52,788 bases of DNA. Origin: a virus. Lineage: Duplodnaviria > Caudoviricetes. The notes under the pieces were generated by a model, which worked only from the letters and a program-made list of their open reading frames with translations, did no database searches and had not been told where the DNA came from. Of the stretch, positions 16,516 to 25,774 are shown in pieces. Position numbers and translations under genes: made by a program. The stretch covers positions 1-52,788 of the IMG/VR virus record IMGVR_UViG_3300042516_004385; one strand, 5' to 3'. Each line of letters opens with the position of its first letter. Position 1 is the stretch's first letter.

Positions 16516-17766
16516 ATGGCACAAGGCTATTCAGGATACAGTATAATTAGTCCGGGTGTAACTATTACAGATAGTGCAAACCTTGATGCTTTTAGTAGAT
16601 TAAGAGTTTCGAATCCTCTGGTTCTACACAACTCTCAGTTTACTTACGATCTTGCTCCTGTTATATATGAACCAATAACTAATGGGACAGGGGCAACTGT
16701 TACTTTTGATAGTACAAACAGATATGCATTATTGACTTTTGCATCTACTCCTACAGGAGGAAAAGCATACATGCAAAGCTTTGAGTATCTTCCATATCAA
16801 CCAGGTAGATCTCAGCTTATTTTTATTACCTTCAACATGCTTGGTGGTGTAGCAAATACACTAAAATTTGCCGGTTATTCTGATGGTACAAACGGAATTG
16901 AGTTTCAACTTAATGGTACAACAAAGCAATTTGTTATCTACTCAGGAAGCAGTGCAGGAAATGAGACTGTAACACAATCTTCTTGGAACATTGATCCTTT
17001 GGATGGTACAGGTGCAAGTGGTATTACACTGGATGTAACAAAGACTCAAATACTTGTTATAGATATTCAGGCACTGTACGTAGGTAGAGTAAGGGTTGGT
17101 TTTGATATTGGTGGACAGGTTATATATGCACATGAGTTTTTACATGCTAACACTTTTATCTATCCATATGCTCAGACGGTGAACTTACCGGTAAGATGTG
17201 GTATGACATGTACTGGTACTGTAAGTACAACCATGAATTTTATCTGCTCTGCTGTAATATCTGAAGGTGGTTCTGAAGACATTAACGTATATGGTTATAC
17301 CTTTCAACAGGATTCAGGTCCAGTGAACGTAGGAACAGGTGGTACACATATGCTTAGTCTCAGACCAAGAACAACTTTTAATGGTATTACCAATAGATCA
17401 CGAGTAGCTTTTATAGATGTAGAGATTTACAATGCGGGTAACCAGGCTGTCCAATGGCAACTTTGTATTGGTCAAGCTATTACCGGAACAACTACATACA
17501 ATGATGTAAATACAAATTATAGTAGTAGTGAATATAATGTATTAGGAACACTTAGTGGTAGTCCTGCTATTGTAATAGATGGTGGCTATGTTGCATCGGG
17601 TGGTTCGGTTAAAACCGTTACAAATACAGCAATCATATCACGTTATCCAATAACTTTAGATGCAGCAGGATTACATAGAGCAATGGGTACACTGACATTA
17701 AAAGCTACATCATTTTCTGGTTCACAAAACTGCTACGGATCAATAAAATTCAGAGAAATTAGGTAA
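16516..17766 (+). CDS. virion structural protein, beta-sandwich/lectin-like
   Basis: LDAFSRLRVSNP, YQPGRSQLI, QSSWNIDPLDGTG.SG.TLD, YVGRVRVGF; beta-rich. Confidence 0.65.
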   Translation: MAQGYSGYSIISPGVTITDSANLDAFSRLRVSNPLVLHNSQFTYDLAPVIYEPITNGTGATVTFDSTNRYALLTFASTPTGGKAYMQSFEYLPYQPGRSQLIFITFNMLGGVANTLKFAGYSDGTNGIEFQLNGTTKQFVIYSGSSAGNETVTQSSWNIDPLDGTGASGITLDVTKTQILVIDIQALYVGRVRVGFDIGGQVIYAHEFLHANTFIYPYAQTVNLPVRCGMTCTGTVSTTMNFICSAVISEGGSEDINVYGYTFQQDSGPVNVGTGGTHMLSLRPRTTFNGITNRSRVAFIDVEIYNAGNQAVQWQLCIGQAITGTTTYNDVNTNYSSSEYNVLGTLSGSPAIVIDGGYVASGGSVKTVTNTAIISRYPITLDAAGLHRAMGTLTLKATSFSGSQNCYGSIKFREIR

Positions 17767-19124
17767 TGGCACAAGGAACAACTAAAGGGGTACCAATAGA
17801 TACTGATCCGTTGCTGGCGGCAAATAGTGATCTTCTTGTACCTTCTGAAAAAGCGGTAAGAACTTACATAGCTGCAAATTCTGTAGCCTTTTCCAGTTTG
17901 TTTGCAAATCCTCCTTTGTCTTACAATGGTGCCGGTGTATTTAGTATTACACAAGCCAGTGCATCTACAAACGGCTATCTTTCTTCTACCGACTGGAGTA
18001 CCTTTAGTGCAAAAGTACCGACAGGTTCTATAACAACTTCCGGCCTTACTCAGAATACTAACAAACTTTTAGGTCGGGGAACTGCATCTTCAGGAGCTAT
18101 TGAGGAAATAACCCTGGGAACCAATCTAAGTTTGTCAGGTACAACTTTGAATGCAGCAAGTGGTTCAACTCCTCCGGGAGGTGCAACTACTCAAGTACAG
18201 TATAACAATGCCGGCTCTTTTGATGGTGCTTCTCAGGTAACTATAGATACTACAGATGAGAACCTGATTCTTTTAAGTACAAATAGTACTACAGCCATGA
18301 CTGCTCCGGGAAGTGCCGGTGCCAAGATCTGGACAAATAATAGGGTTGGTTTAAATCAACCAATGTTTACTCCATTTTTAGGAGTAGAGACACCGTTTCA
18401 AGCTTCTTTTGGAAACAAACTTGTAGGAGGTTATACTGTATCAGGTAGTGCTAACATATTTGCCTGGGGTCAATTGGCATCTGCAATGAGTACAGTAAAC
18501 CCGGGAAATGGTGGTGCAACAATTACTGCACGTACTTACGATGCTACTAACTTACTACCAAACTATGCACGTTATGCATTACTTACACTTACAAGTGCAA
18601 GCAGCTATTCAGAAACTCGTACCAGTATTGCCGGCAAAGGATCTGTTATGGGCAACAATACTTACGGTGGTGGTAGTAAACTAGTTCATACATTTGGTTT
18701 AGGTGCATACAATGCAGGTGAACGTCTTTTCTTTGGTTATACCGGCAGTGCTTTAACCTGGTCAACAAACATTGACCCTTCTGCTCAGATAAATACTTTT
18801 GGTCTTGCTAAGGATGTAGGTGATAGTACATTTCAATGGATAACAAATGATGGTACAGGTATTGCTACAAAAACTAATACAGGTGTAACTCCAAACACTA
18901 CTGATGTATACCGCCTTACGGTTTATGTACCACCAAATACTACAACAATCTATATGCAACTGGAGGTAATGACAAAAAGTGCAATTACAATATATTTACA
19001 CTCTGCATCATCTGATATTCCGGCTATTGGTACATTGATATACCAAAGAATGTATGTAAACAATGCAGCTACTGGTGCAGCACTTTCAATTATGATGATT
19101 CAAATAGAAGAAGAACTTTACTAA
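17766..19124 (+). CDS. tail/head fibre protein
   Basis: VPSEKAVRTY, GYLSSTDWSTF, PGGATTQVQYNNAGSFDG fibre motifs; beta-rich C-terminal tip. Confidence 0.7.
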   Translation: MAQGTTKGVPIDTDPLLAANSDLLVPSEKAVRTYIAANSVAFSSLFANPPLSYNGAGVFSITQASASTNGYLSSTDWSTFSAKVPTGSITTSGLTQNTNKLLGRGTASSGAIEEITLGTNLSLSGTTLNAASGSTPPGGATTQVQYNNAGSFDGASQVTIDTTDENLILLSTNSTTAMTAPGSAGAKIWTNNRVGLNQPMFTPFLGVETPFQASFGNKLVGGYTVSGSANIFAWGQLASAMSTVNPGNGGATITARTYDATNLLPNYARYALLTLTSASSYSETRTSIAGKGSVMGNNTYGGGSKLVHTFGLGAYNAGERLFFGYTGSALTWSTNIDPSAQINTFGLAKDVGDSTFQWITNDGTGIATKTNTGVTPNTTDVYRLTVYVPPNTTTIYMQLEVMTKSAITIYLHSASSDIPAIGTLIYQRMYVNNAATGAALSIMMIQIEEELY

Positions 19125-19125
19125 T

Positions 19126-19380
19126 ATGGTACAGATAGTCCCTTTTCAAGCAACAACAGGTGGTCCCCTGGCAACTCAATTAGATGTTTCCTGTACGGAT
19201 GATGATCTTTATGCATCAGCAAATTTCAGGTGGGTACTGTTTGATGCTATCGGCCAGATAGTCAACAATGGCCTCATTCCTTGTATGGATCAAGATTACA
19301 CCAATTGGGATGGAAGCAACACATACCCTTACACTTTTGTTGCCGGAGTGCTTGGTGTACAAATTATTGGTAATGTCTAA
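19126..19380 (+). CDS. small fibre-associated protein (possible assembly chaperone)
   Basis: 84 aa after a fibre gene; DYTNWDGSNTYPYTFVA. Confidence 0.55.
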   Translation: MVQIVPFQATTGGPLATQLDVSCTDDDLYASANFRWVLFDAIGQIVNNGLIPCMDQDYTNWDGSNTYPYTFVAGVLGVQIIGNV

Positions 19381-19401
19381 TAAAAAACTTATCTTAATTA
19401 C

Positions 19402-20460
19402 ATGAGCAGTTCAGGTAAATCTCCGAATGTATTTGGTATACCGGCCACCTTGCAGTGGTGCGTAGGATCAATTGAGCAGTTAAAGGGTCAGGTATGGGGC
19501 CTTATACAAAATGGTGGTGGTGGAGGTGGAGGTACACAAGATCTTCAAAGTGTACTTAGTTATGGTAACAGTGCTTTTAACCAAAGTATAATTCTTGAAG
19601 GAAATGACTATAGTCAAATAACAATAAGTGGAACACCAGATAGTTCATATGTTGAATTAGTATCTCCAAATAGTACAAATGGTATTTTTTTATTTGTAAA
19701 CGATTCTTCAAACTATCTCCAGTTTTATACTGAAGGTGGAGAGTTTAGATTACAACTTGAACCATCTGGTCCAATAGTATCAACTGAAAGAGTTAAGATT
19801 CCCGTAGATGCTACTTTTCCATTAGGTGAAAGCGGTATACTTCTTTTATCTGATTTTTTAGGGGTAGCTAATGGTATTGCTACTTTGGATAGTTCAGGAC
19901 TTGTACCGGTTACCCAACTTCCTTTCTCTGCTACTACTTATCAAGGTACTTGGGATGCCACTAATCCTCCGGTAGGTGGTACACCGACATTATCGGATGC
20001 TTCTATTGAACCTGCCGGTAACTTTTACTTTGTCTCAGTAGGTGGTACACAGGATCTTGGAAGTGGTAATATTACTTTTGATGCCGGAGATGTTGTTGTT
20101 TCTAACGGATCTATATGGGAAAAGGTAGGTACACCGGTACCAACTACTCAGAAAGTTGAGTCTCGCCCAGATGCTGCATACCAACTTTTACTAACAGACA
20201 ATCAAAAATTACTAAAGTTTCCTTTTTCAACTAGTTATAATATTACCGTACCTTTAAATGCAACTGTTGCTTTCCCGGTAGGTAGTAGAGTAGACATCAT
20301 GATGACAAATGATGGCCAGGCTACATTTGTAGGAGAAACTGTTGGAGTATCGATTCTTTCTAAAGGTGGAAATAAAAAAACAAACGGTAAGTATACTGTA
20401 GTTTCTATTGAAAAAATAGCCACAGATGAGTGGGTATTAGTAGGCGATTTAACTTCATAA
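19402..20460 (+). CDS. mosaic fibre protein
   Basis: QDLQSVLSYGN, GVANGIATLDSSGLVPVTQLP, YQGTWDA and C-terminal ITVP.NATVAFPVG...DEWVLVGDL fibre modules. Confidence 0.7.
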   Translation: MSSSGKSPNVFGIPATLQWCVGSIEQLKGQVWGLIQNGGGGGGGTQDLQSVLSYGNSAFNQSIILEGNDYSQITISGTPDSSYVELVSPNSTNGIFLFVNDSSNYLQFYTEGGEFRLQLEPSGPIVSTERVKIPVDATFPLGESGILLLSDFLGVANGIATLDSSGLVPVTQLPFSATTYQGTWDATNPPVGGTPTLSDASIEPAGNFYFVSVGGTQDLGSGNITFDAGDVVVSNGSIWEKVGTPVPTTQKVESRPDAAYQLLLTDNQKLLKFPFSTSYNITVPLNATVAFPVGSRVDIMMTNDGQATFVGETVGVSILSKGGNKKTNGKYTVVSIEKIATDEWVLVGDLTS

Positions 20461-20461
20461 C

Positions 20462-21394
20462 ATGTTAACAACCATACCATTAGGAGTAATTGATTCGGCT
20501 GGTAGCAGAGTTTATGCTAAGTGGAGTTCTCTAAATAAGAGTTCCTTTATAACTCTGTCTACTGATAAACTTAGTACATCAAGTGTTGTAGGACAATATG
20601 GTAGTATTATTTCAGATATTGGAATAGCTCCCGGAGATACAGGTTATTTTGAGTTAACTCCTACAGTAGCATCTCCAACAGGAGGTGGTCCTTTTATGGG
20701 AATGGGTAATTTTATTCCAATTTCAGGAGCAAGTACACAACAAGTAGGAAATATTTCAAACTCATTTGCATTTAGAGGAAATGCAGGAACTATTGGGCCA
20801 GGTACAGCATGTATACAAACAAAATTTGGAAGTTCTGCTAGTACTTATGTTGGAATAAATACTTGTACAATATCAGTAGGGGCTAACTGTATTGTAACTA
20901 TAACTAATCATAACTATTACACAGGAATGCCTTTTAGACTTACAACAACTGGAGTTTTACCAGGAGGTCTTGGAACTAATACTACTTATTATGTACATGT
21001 AATAGACAATAATACTTTTAATATAGCAGCTACTCTTGCAAATTCTGTTGCTGGTCCTTACATAACTACATTGTATTCTGGGTCAGGTGTAATTACTGTT
21101 AGACCAGTAGGTGATTGTACATCAAATGTTGTATCGACAGATGTATTTTCATTTGTAATTAATAACACTACAGGTAAAGCAAATATTTACAAAGCTAGTT
21201 TAGCAGGTGTAAGTCAAAAAGTATTTATTGATTTTTATGTACCATTGGGAAGCACATGGTATCCATGTGTATCAGGGGATGGTAGAGGTAGTGGAGTTAC
21301 TGCAAATTTTGGACAGAATGCTTGGGATGCAAGAACAGCTAGTCTTAGAAGCACTTTAGAAACTGCAGGATATAAAATAGGAATTTACAACTAA
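20462..21394 (+). CDS. SPRY/concanavalin-like putative receptor-binding protein with an inserted beta domain
   Basis: WSSLNKSSFITLS, YFEL, TWYPCVS, ANFGQ resemble SPRY-like phage proteins. Confidence 0.55.
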   Translation: MLTTIPLGVIDSAGSRVYAKWSSLNKSSFITLSTDKLSTSSVVGQYGSIISDIGIAPGDTGYFELTPTVASPTGGGPFMGMGNFIPISGASTQQVGNISNSFAFRGNAGTIGPGTACIQTKFGSSASTYVGINTCTISVGANCIVTITNHNYYTGMPFRLTTTGVLPGGLGTNTTYYVHVIDNNTFNIAATLANSVAGPYITTLYSGSGVITVRPVGDCTSNVVSTDVFSFVINNTTGKANIYKASLAGVSQKVFIDFYVPLGSTWYPCVSGDGRGSGVTANFGQNAWDARTASLRSTLETAGYKIGIYN

Positions 21395-21405
21395 GAATAG
21401 ATAAG

Positions 21406-21693
21406 ATGAAAATAGATATCAATAAAGCTTTTGTTGCAGTTACTTCAGTATTTATTGCATTCCTTAGCTGGTTTGGAAAGATTACATATGACAAACTCAC
21501 AAAGATCGAAACTGATGTACAAGCTTTATTGGTTGCATCTGGGATTGATAGAACTGAAATACAGAATCTTAAGGATAGAATAGATAGTGCTCCCGGGTCT
21601 AAAAAGCCAGTGAGTTACGTACATTACCACAAAGAGTTTATACTGCCGGATGAAGTTCTCCCCAAGAAGAAAAAATTGATATTCAAATCATGA
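21406..21693 (+). CDS. membrane protein, possible holin
   Basis: Single N-terminal hydrophobic segment, coiled coil, basic C-terminus; precedes a spanin-like pair. Confidence 0.4.
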   Translation: MKIDINKAFVAVTSVFIAFLSWFGKITYDKLTKIETDVQALLVASGIDRTEIQNLKDRIDSAPGSKKPVSYVHYHKEFILPDEVLPKKKKLIFKS

Positions 21694-22046
21694 ACAAGGT
21701 AGCTGTAGTAGTTTTTATAGGAATAGTTGGTGTCCTTTTGGCAATCATTGCATTTTACCAGAAGCCGGCCAAGTTTGAGGGTATTACAGCAAAGGAACTA
21801 TCCGACAGCCTGGCTGCCCACGACAAGGTAAGAGACCAGAAACTATCTATCCTAAGGATAAAGTACGAACAGGATTCTGTGAAGTTGACAAACATGAGAA
21901 GCCAGATAGATCAGGTACCTGATCTCGTGAAACAAATAAACAAGAAGTATGATAAAAAAAGGGATCACATTAATACTCTTTCTGTTGACGAGCAAGTTGG
22001 CCATATGTCAGACTGGTTATCCAAAGATAGTAGTCTTGGAGAATAA
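21690..22046 (+). CDS. i-spanin-like membrane-anchored coiled-coil protein
   Basis: N-terminal TM segment (VAVVVFIGIVGVLLAIIAF) followed by coiled coil; overlapped by the next gene. Confidence 0.5.
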   Translation: MNKVAVVVFIGIVGVLLAIIAFYQKPAKFEGITAKELSDSLAAHDKVRDQKLSILRIKYEQDSVKLTNMRSQIDQVPDLVKQINKKYDKKRDHINTLSVDEQVGHMSDWLSKDSSLGE

Positions 22047-22380
22047 TACTGTAGTAGTTATAACAAAAGCACAGATGAAGAAGATTAACAATCTTCATCT
22101 CCACTACCAGGAATGTAAAGAAACAAACACACTTCTCGAAAGTACACTGGATAGTTGCAAAGCAGTCTTTGCAATCTACGACACTATGCTCATCAACCTT
22201 AAGGATCAAAGGATTATCCTGCAAGAAGGAGCCAAAGAATCCAAGAAGGTTATTAGCCAGATGGTAGAACTGGATGAGAAAAAGAACAAGAAGATCCGGA
22301 ACCTTACTCTCCAAAACAAACTTCTCAAAGCCGGTGGAATACTGGCCCTTGCTGCTGCAGCAATCTTTATGATTATTTAG
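21949..22380 (+). CDS. spanin-like protein with N-terminal signal and C-terminal TM
   Basis: MIKK + hydrophobic stretch ending LAIC; coiled coil; C-terminal GGILALAAAAIFMII; 98-nt overlap with the upstream gene. Confidence 0.45.
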   Translation: MIKKGITLILFLLTSKLAICQTGYPKIVVLENNTVVVITKAQMKKINNLHLHYQECKETNTLLESTLDSCKAVFAIYDTMLINLKDQRIILQEGAKESKKVISQMVELDEKKNKKIRNLTLQNKLLKAGGILALAAAAIFMII

Positions 22381-22413
22381 GTATTTATTATCAAAATAAA
22401 TATTTCAAAATAG

Positions 22414-22444
22414 TTTGTTGGAAAACAAAAAAGGTGTATATTAA
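22414..22444 (+). promoter_or_regulatory. promoter TTTG-N19-TATATTAA
   Basis: Bacteroidota-type spacing in the intergenic region before the auxiliary capsid gene. Confidence 0.6.
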
Positions 22445-22511
22445 ATATGAGAGGGGAAGATACTCTCTCCGTTCAGGTTTCCTGGATGTCACAAAAAAAC
22501 TTTTTTAAAAA

Positions 22512-23900
22512 ATGATTTATCCGTATTCATTTAGACGAGCGTACCTTGCATCGCCAGTAGGAGGAGCACTAGTAGTACAACAAAGCGGTACTACAGACAT
22601 TATCAAAAAAGGAGAATTTGGTTTCTGTACAGCACCAAATGGTATTGAAGGCTCCTTTATCTCTGCTGCCACAACTACTACCTTGAAAATGGTAACAGGT
22701 AGCTGGCACAATGTTGACAAGATTGCACCATTCTATGGTGGTCTTCAAGCCCCTTACTATAGTAAGGCAATTGATCCACGTAGGGTAACACGATTTATCC
22801 AATCAATAGCACAACCTGCTCAACAGCAAATTGTTGTTGCCGGTTGGGATCTGACTACAGGGACTACTGGTGTAGGTCCAAAGTTCTACTGTGGCGAAGC
22901 TTATCAACTCCGTTTGGACATGATCGGTTCTCCTGCTCTCCGTCTTCTGAATCACCAAATATATGTAACACTGCCGGCTTATGGTGGATGTTGCGATAAT
23001 GACTGCTCTTCAGGTTGTACAGCTACTCCTGTTGATGCTGCTTGCATTATGTTGCAGTGGAATGACTTTATGAGGTATGGTACTTACAACCCAGGTATCG
23101 GTAACACTTCAATGAACTCAAATGCAGGTGCAATACCATATCTGACACAATTCTTTATGCCACAAGTATTTGTACAGACAAGTGCTACAACCTCACAACA
23201 GGTATATAGTCAACTTGACTACGAAGCTGCACTTGCAGGTAAATATGGTACTACTGTTGAAAATGATGCAGTAATAGCAGCAGGTGCATATGTATGTGAA
23301 ACAGTAGATCCAGGATCTGTAGTAGCCGGTTTCCAACTTACAGGTGCTTACTACCAAACAAACTACGGTGATTGTACCTTTACTCCATCGGATTACTTTG
23401 AAATAGAGCCTATCTTCTGTAAGATATCTCTGATGACCGGTAACTTCTCAGGAGTAAACAACTTCTCACCTTGTGGTTGGGATACAACAATCAACACTTC
23501 TGTACCTAACATGGTAACTCAGATCCAAGCTCCTGCTTATCCTAAGGGTCTAGGTGAACAAGTTGTCCGTGAAATCATACAGTCTGAAAGATATCGTCAG
23601 GATCACTTTGCAGATAGCATCTATGTAGATAGCTTCCGTATGAGGGAAATTGAAGATCAGAAGTGGATACTTGACAATGTAAGCCGTCAGGGTTACTACG
23701 ATAGCATTGCAATTGTCTACAACATCTTCAGGCCACAGAACAGTCAGCAGGTTCATGACAATGATGAGTATGTAGAAATTATCTACATGCCAACAGGTAC
23801 AAGTGCTACAACATTTACTAATCTGTTCCAAGCATGTTTGACTGCAGTAGGTAGCCCGGTAACGCTGGAAAAAACAGCAGGTAACGGTAGCGGTATCTAA
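22512..23900 (+). CDS. auxiliary capsid / major structural protein (crAss capsid-module type)
   Basis: Has its own promoter and terminator; YSKAIDP, FYCGEAYQLRLD..GSPALR, GLGEQV, RMREIE motifs. Confidence 0.6.
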   Translation: MIYPYSFRRAYLASPVGGALVVQQSGTTDIIKKGEFGFCTAPNGIEGSFISAATTTTLKMVTGSWHNVDKIAPFYGGLQAPYYSKAIDPRRVTRFIQSIAQPAQQQIVVAGWDLTTGTTGVGPKFYCGEAYQLRLDMIGSPALRLLNHQIYVTLPAYGGCCDNDCSSGCTATPVDAACIMLQWNDFMRYGTYNPGIGNTSMNSNAGAIPYLTQFFMPQVFVQTSATTSQQVYSQLDYEAALAGKYGTTVENDAVIAAGAYVCETVDPGSVVAGFQLTGAYYQTNYGDCTFTPSDYFEIEPIFCKISLMTGNFSGVNNFSPCGWDTTINTSVPNMVTQIQAPAYPKGLGEQVVREIIQSERYRQDHFADSIYVDSFRMREIEDQKWILDNVSRQGYYDSIAIVYNIFRPQNSQQVHDNDEYVEIIYMPTGTSATTFTNLFQACLTAVGSPVTLEKTAGNGSGI

Positions 23901-23919
23901 TAACCGATAATTTATCATC

Positions 23920-23961
23920 GAGAGGGGAAGGGTAAATGAACCCCTTCCTCTCTCTTTATTT
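23920..23961 (+). terminator. rho-independent terminator
   Basis: GAGAGGGGAAGGGT-aaatga-ACCCCTTCCTCTCTC followed by TTTATTT. Confidence 0.85.
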
Positions 23962-23968
23962 GTAAATA

Positions 23969-24574
23969 ATGGGAAAGCACATACTACAACTTAATTTTCC
24001 GGATACAACCAATGAGGGTGTATTTCTTATTGATGATATATCCATATATGACAATACTCTTTTGGGAGTATCTTCTGCTGTATCCGGTAGTACAATTCCT
24101 TGTTCAGGAGTTACAATTCCATGTGCTAACTTGCAAATAACCCCTGCCGGTTTCTACACTCCTACTTCTATAGATGTTCGATATGGAAACTTCAGGCTTG
24201 TTTTGAATGCTTGTACTATAGGAATTACAGGTGCAGCTAATTGTGCATCAAGTTGTCCTACAATACCGGATGGTCTTTACAATGTCCGATATTCGGTGGC
24301 ACCGAATGATAAAGTGTTTGTGGAGTACAAGATACTCAGGATCACCCAGGCAATGAACCGGTACTATAACTTGCTTTGCAGAGTAGGACTTACTCCTTGT
24401 CTGCCGAGCCAAGAACTGCAGTATCAGATAGACAATTTGCAGACAATCAATACTTACCTCACTGCCGCCAAAGTAATGGTGGAAAATGAGCACCAGTTTA
24501 CAGATGGTATGAATCTGTATAGGTTTGCAGTGGAGTTGATGGATAAAATGAGTTACGAACCTCTTAATTGTTAA
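23969..24574 (+). CDS. virion structural protein (ring/hub-like)
   Basis: IDDISIY, LQITPAGF, IPDGLYNVRYSVAPN, then a helical C-terminus. Confidence 0.55.
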   Translation: MGKHILQLNFPDTTNEGVFLIDDISIYDNTLLGVSSAVSGSTIPCSGVTIPCANLQITPAGFYTPTSIDVRYGNFRLVLNACTIGITGAANCASSCPTIPDGLYNVRYSVAPNDKVFVEYKILRITQAMNRYYNLLCRVGLTPCLPSQELQYQIDNLQTINTYLTAAKVMVENEHQFTDGMNLYRFAVELMDKMSYEPLNC

Positions 24575-24578
24575 AGTT

Positions 24579-24743
24579 ATGAAGAACCAACAGAAACATC
24601 ATCATTTTCAGAACGCAACACACTGTCCAAATTGTGGAAGATGTTTTTGCAGTGTAGCCAAAGCAAGTACTTCCGATGGCAAAGCAATTTGTGTTAATTG
24701 TAAGCCGGCATATGAGGCCAAGATAGCAAAACAACACCAGTAA
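24579..24743 (+). CDS. 54-aa Cys-rich (Zn-finger-like) protein
   Basis: Read directly: MKNQQKHHHFQNATHCPNCGRCFCSVAKASTSDGKAICVNCKPAYEAKIAKQHQ; fills the gap exactly. Confidence 0.7.
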   Translation: MKNQQKHHHFQNATHCPNCGRCFCSVAKASTSDGKAICVNCKPAYEAKIAKQHQ

Positions 24744-24744
24744 G

Positions 24745-25092
24745 ATGAACTACAAAGATGCAATAAAGCGAATCAATAAGGATTATGCTAATACAACCTA
24801 TGCTACTTATATGAAGCAGCAGTGGGGAGTTAGAGTAGGTTATAGGATAGTTGATCCTTATACAATGTATATGAGGAAGAAACTGGCCGACTGGCAACTA
24901 TCCTATGATTGCTCTGGAGATCTTTGTACTAAATCAAGAACACAACCAGTGATTGTAAAACAAGTAGCAGGAGGATATCCTACCGGTACTTGTGATATAC
25001 TTAACCCGCAATTGAATCCAAACTGTAACCAATGGTGGCGTGATTGGCCAAGAAATGTGAACGAGATTTTGATAAATAGTTTCACCAGATAG
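24745..25092 (+). CDS. hypothetical structural-module protein
   Basis: ORF in operon, starts 1 nt after the upstream stop. Confidence 0.6.
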   Translation: MNYKDAIKRINKDYANTTYATYMKQQWGVRVGYRIVDPYTMYMRKKLADWQLSYDCSGDLCTKSRTQPVIVKQVAGGYPTGTCDILNPQLNPNCNQWWRDWPRNVNEILINSFTR

Positions 25093-25113
25093 TTATTTTT
25101 CAGGATAATTTTG

Positions 25114-25121
25114 TATATTTA
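25114..25121 (+). promoter_or_regulatory. -7-like element TATATTTA, 7 nt before the ATG
   Basis: Same octamer as at 29054 and 44535; -33 element not evident. Confidence 0.4.
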
Positions 25122-25128
25122 AAATAAG

Positions 25129-25773
25129 ATGGCAGATCCAATAAGAAGCAATGTATTGTCAAACACATGTGGAGAAGTTACAAGCTCTAACTGTGTTGCT
25201 TGGGCAGGTCCGGATCTTCCCGGTTTAGGCCTTTGTAGAGGTGCAAGTATGACTGATGTTATATACAGTTTAAATAGTAACTGTTGTAATCAAAACTTGT
25301 CATCTTGTTACACTGGTGAATGGGTAAACCTTGTTCCTCCTACATTAAGCGGAACAATAACTGGTGTTAGTTGGTTAATACATGATTTTGGTATACAGTT
25401 TCCTACAGGAACAGGTGGTGAGAATGTACCTCAATATAAAATAGATAAAGATGGCAATGTAAAGATCAGAGGAAGTTTCATGTTTGATATTACTCCGGTT
25501 TCAACAATTACTAATACCTTTTACAAAATAAAGATTGGTAATATTCCTACAGCATCTAAATGTCTTGGTACTAAATGGAATGCTTCTCAAACAAGCATTG
25601 TATCTACTGACTGTTTTGTAGGACCCAATCAGATCAATATTGTAACAAGAGGTTTTGTAACATTAGAGTATCCTACAGGAGATCTTTATTTGAATTTTTC
25701 ATTTGCCTATATAGTTCCTACTTCATTTAGTGTAGGTGTATACTTAGGTTCAACAACTTTTAACATAACTTAA
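25129..25773 (+). CDS. Cys-containing fibre-like protein
   Basis: N-terminal CGEVTSSNCVAWAGPDL motif; C-terminal PQYKIDKDGNVKIRG fibre-tip-like domain. Confidence 0.6.
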   Translation: MADPIRSNVLSNTCGEVTSSNCVAWAGPDLPGLGLCRGASMTDVIYSLNSNCCNQNLSSCYTGEWVNLVPPTLSGTITGVSWLIHDFGIQFPTGTGGENVPQYKIDKDGNVKIRGSFMFDITPVSTITNTFYKIKIGNIPTASKCLGTKWNASQTSIVSTDCFVGPNQINIVTRGFVTLEYPTGDLYLNFSFAYIVPTSFSVGVYLGSTTFNIT

Positions 25774-25774
25774 C

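Noticed and set aside
15127-21394. Diversity-generating retroelement target or invertible fibre cassette
   Set aside because: No reverse transcriptase, recombinase, near-identical TR/VR pair or inverted repeats seen; the shared modules are diverged protein-level repeats
22447-22515. 22-aa upstream ORF (MRGEDTLSVQVSWMSQKNFFKK) overlapping the auxiliary capsid start
   Set aside because: Its ATG is only 2 nt after the -7 element, probably upstream of the TSS; likely chance
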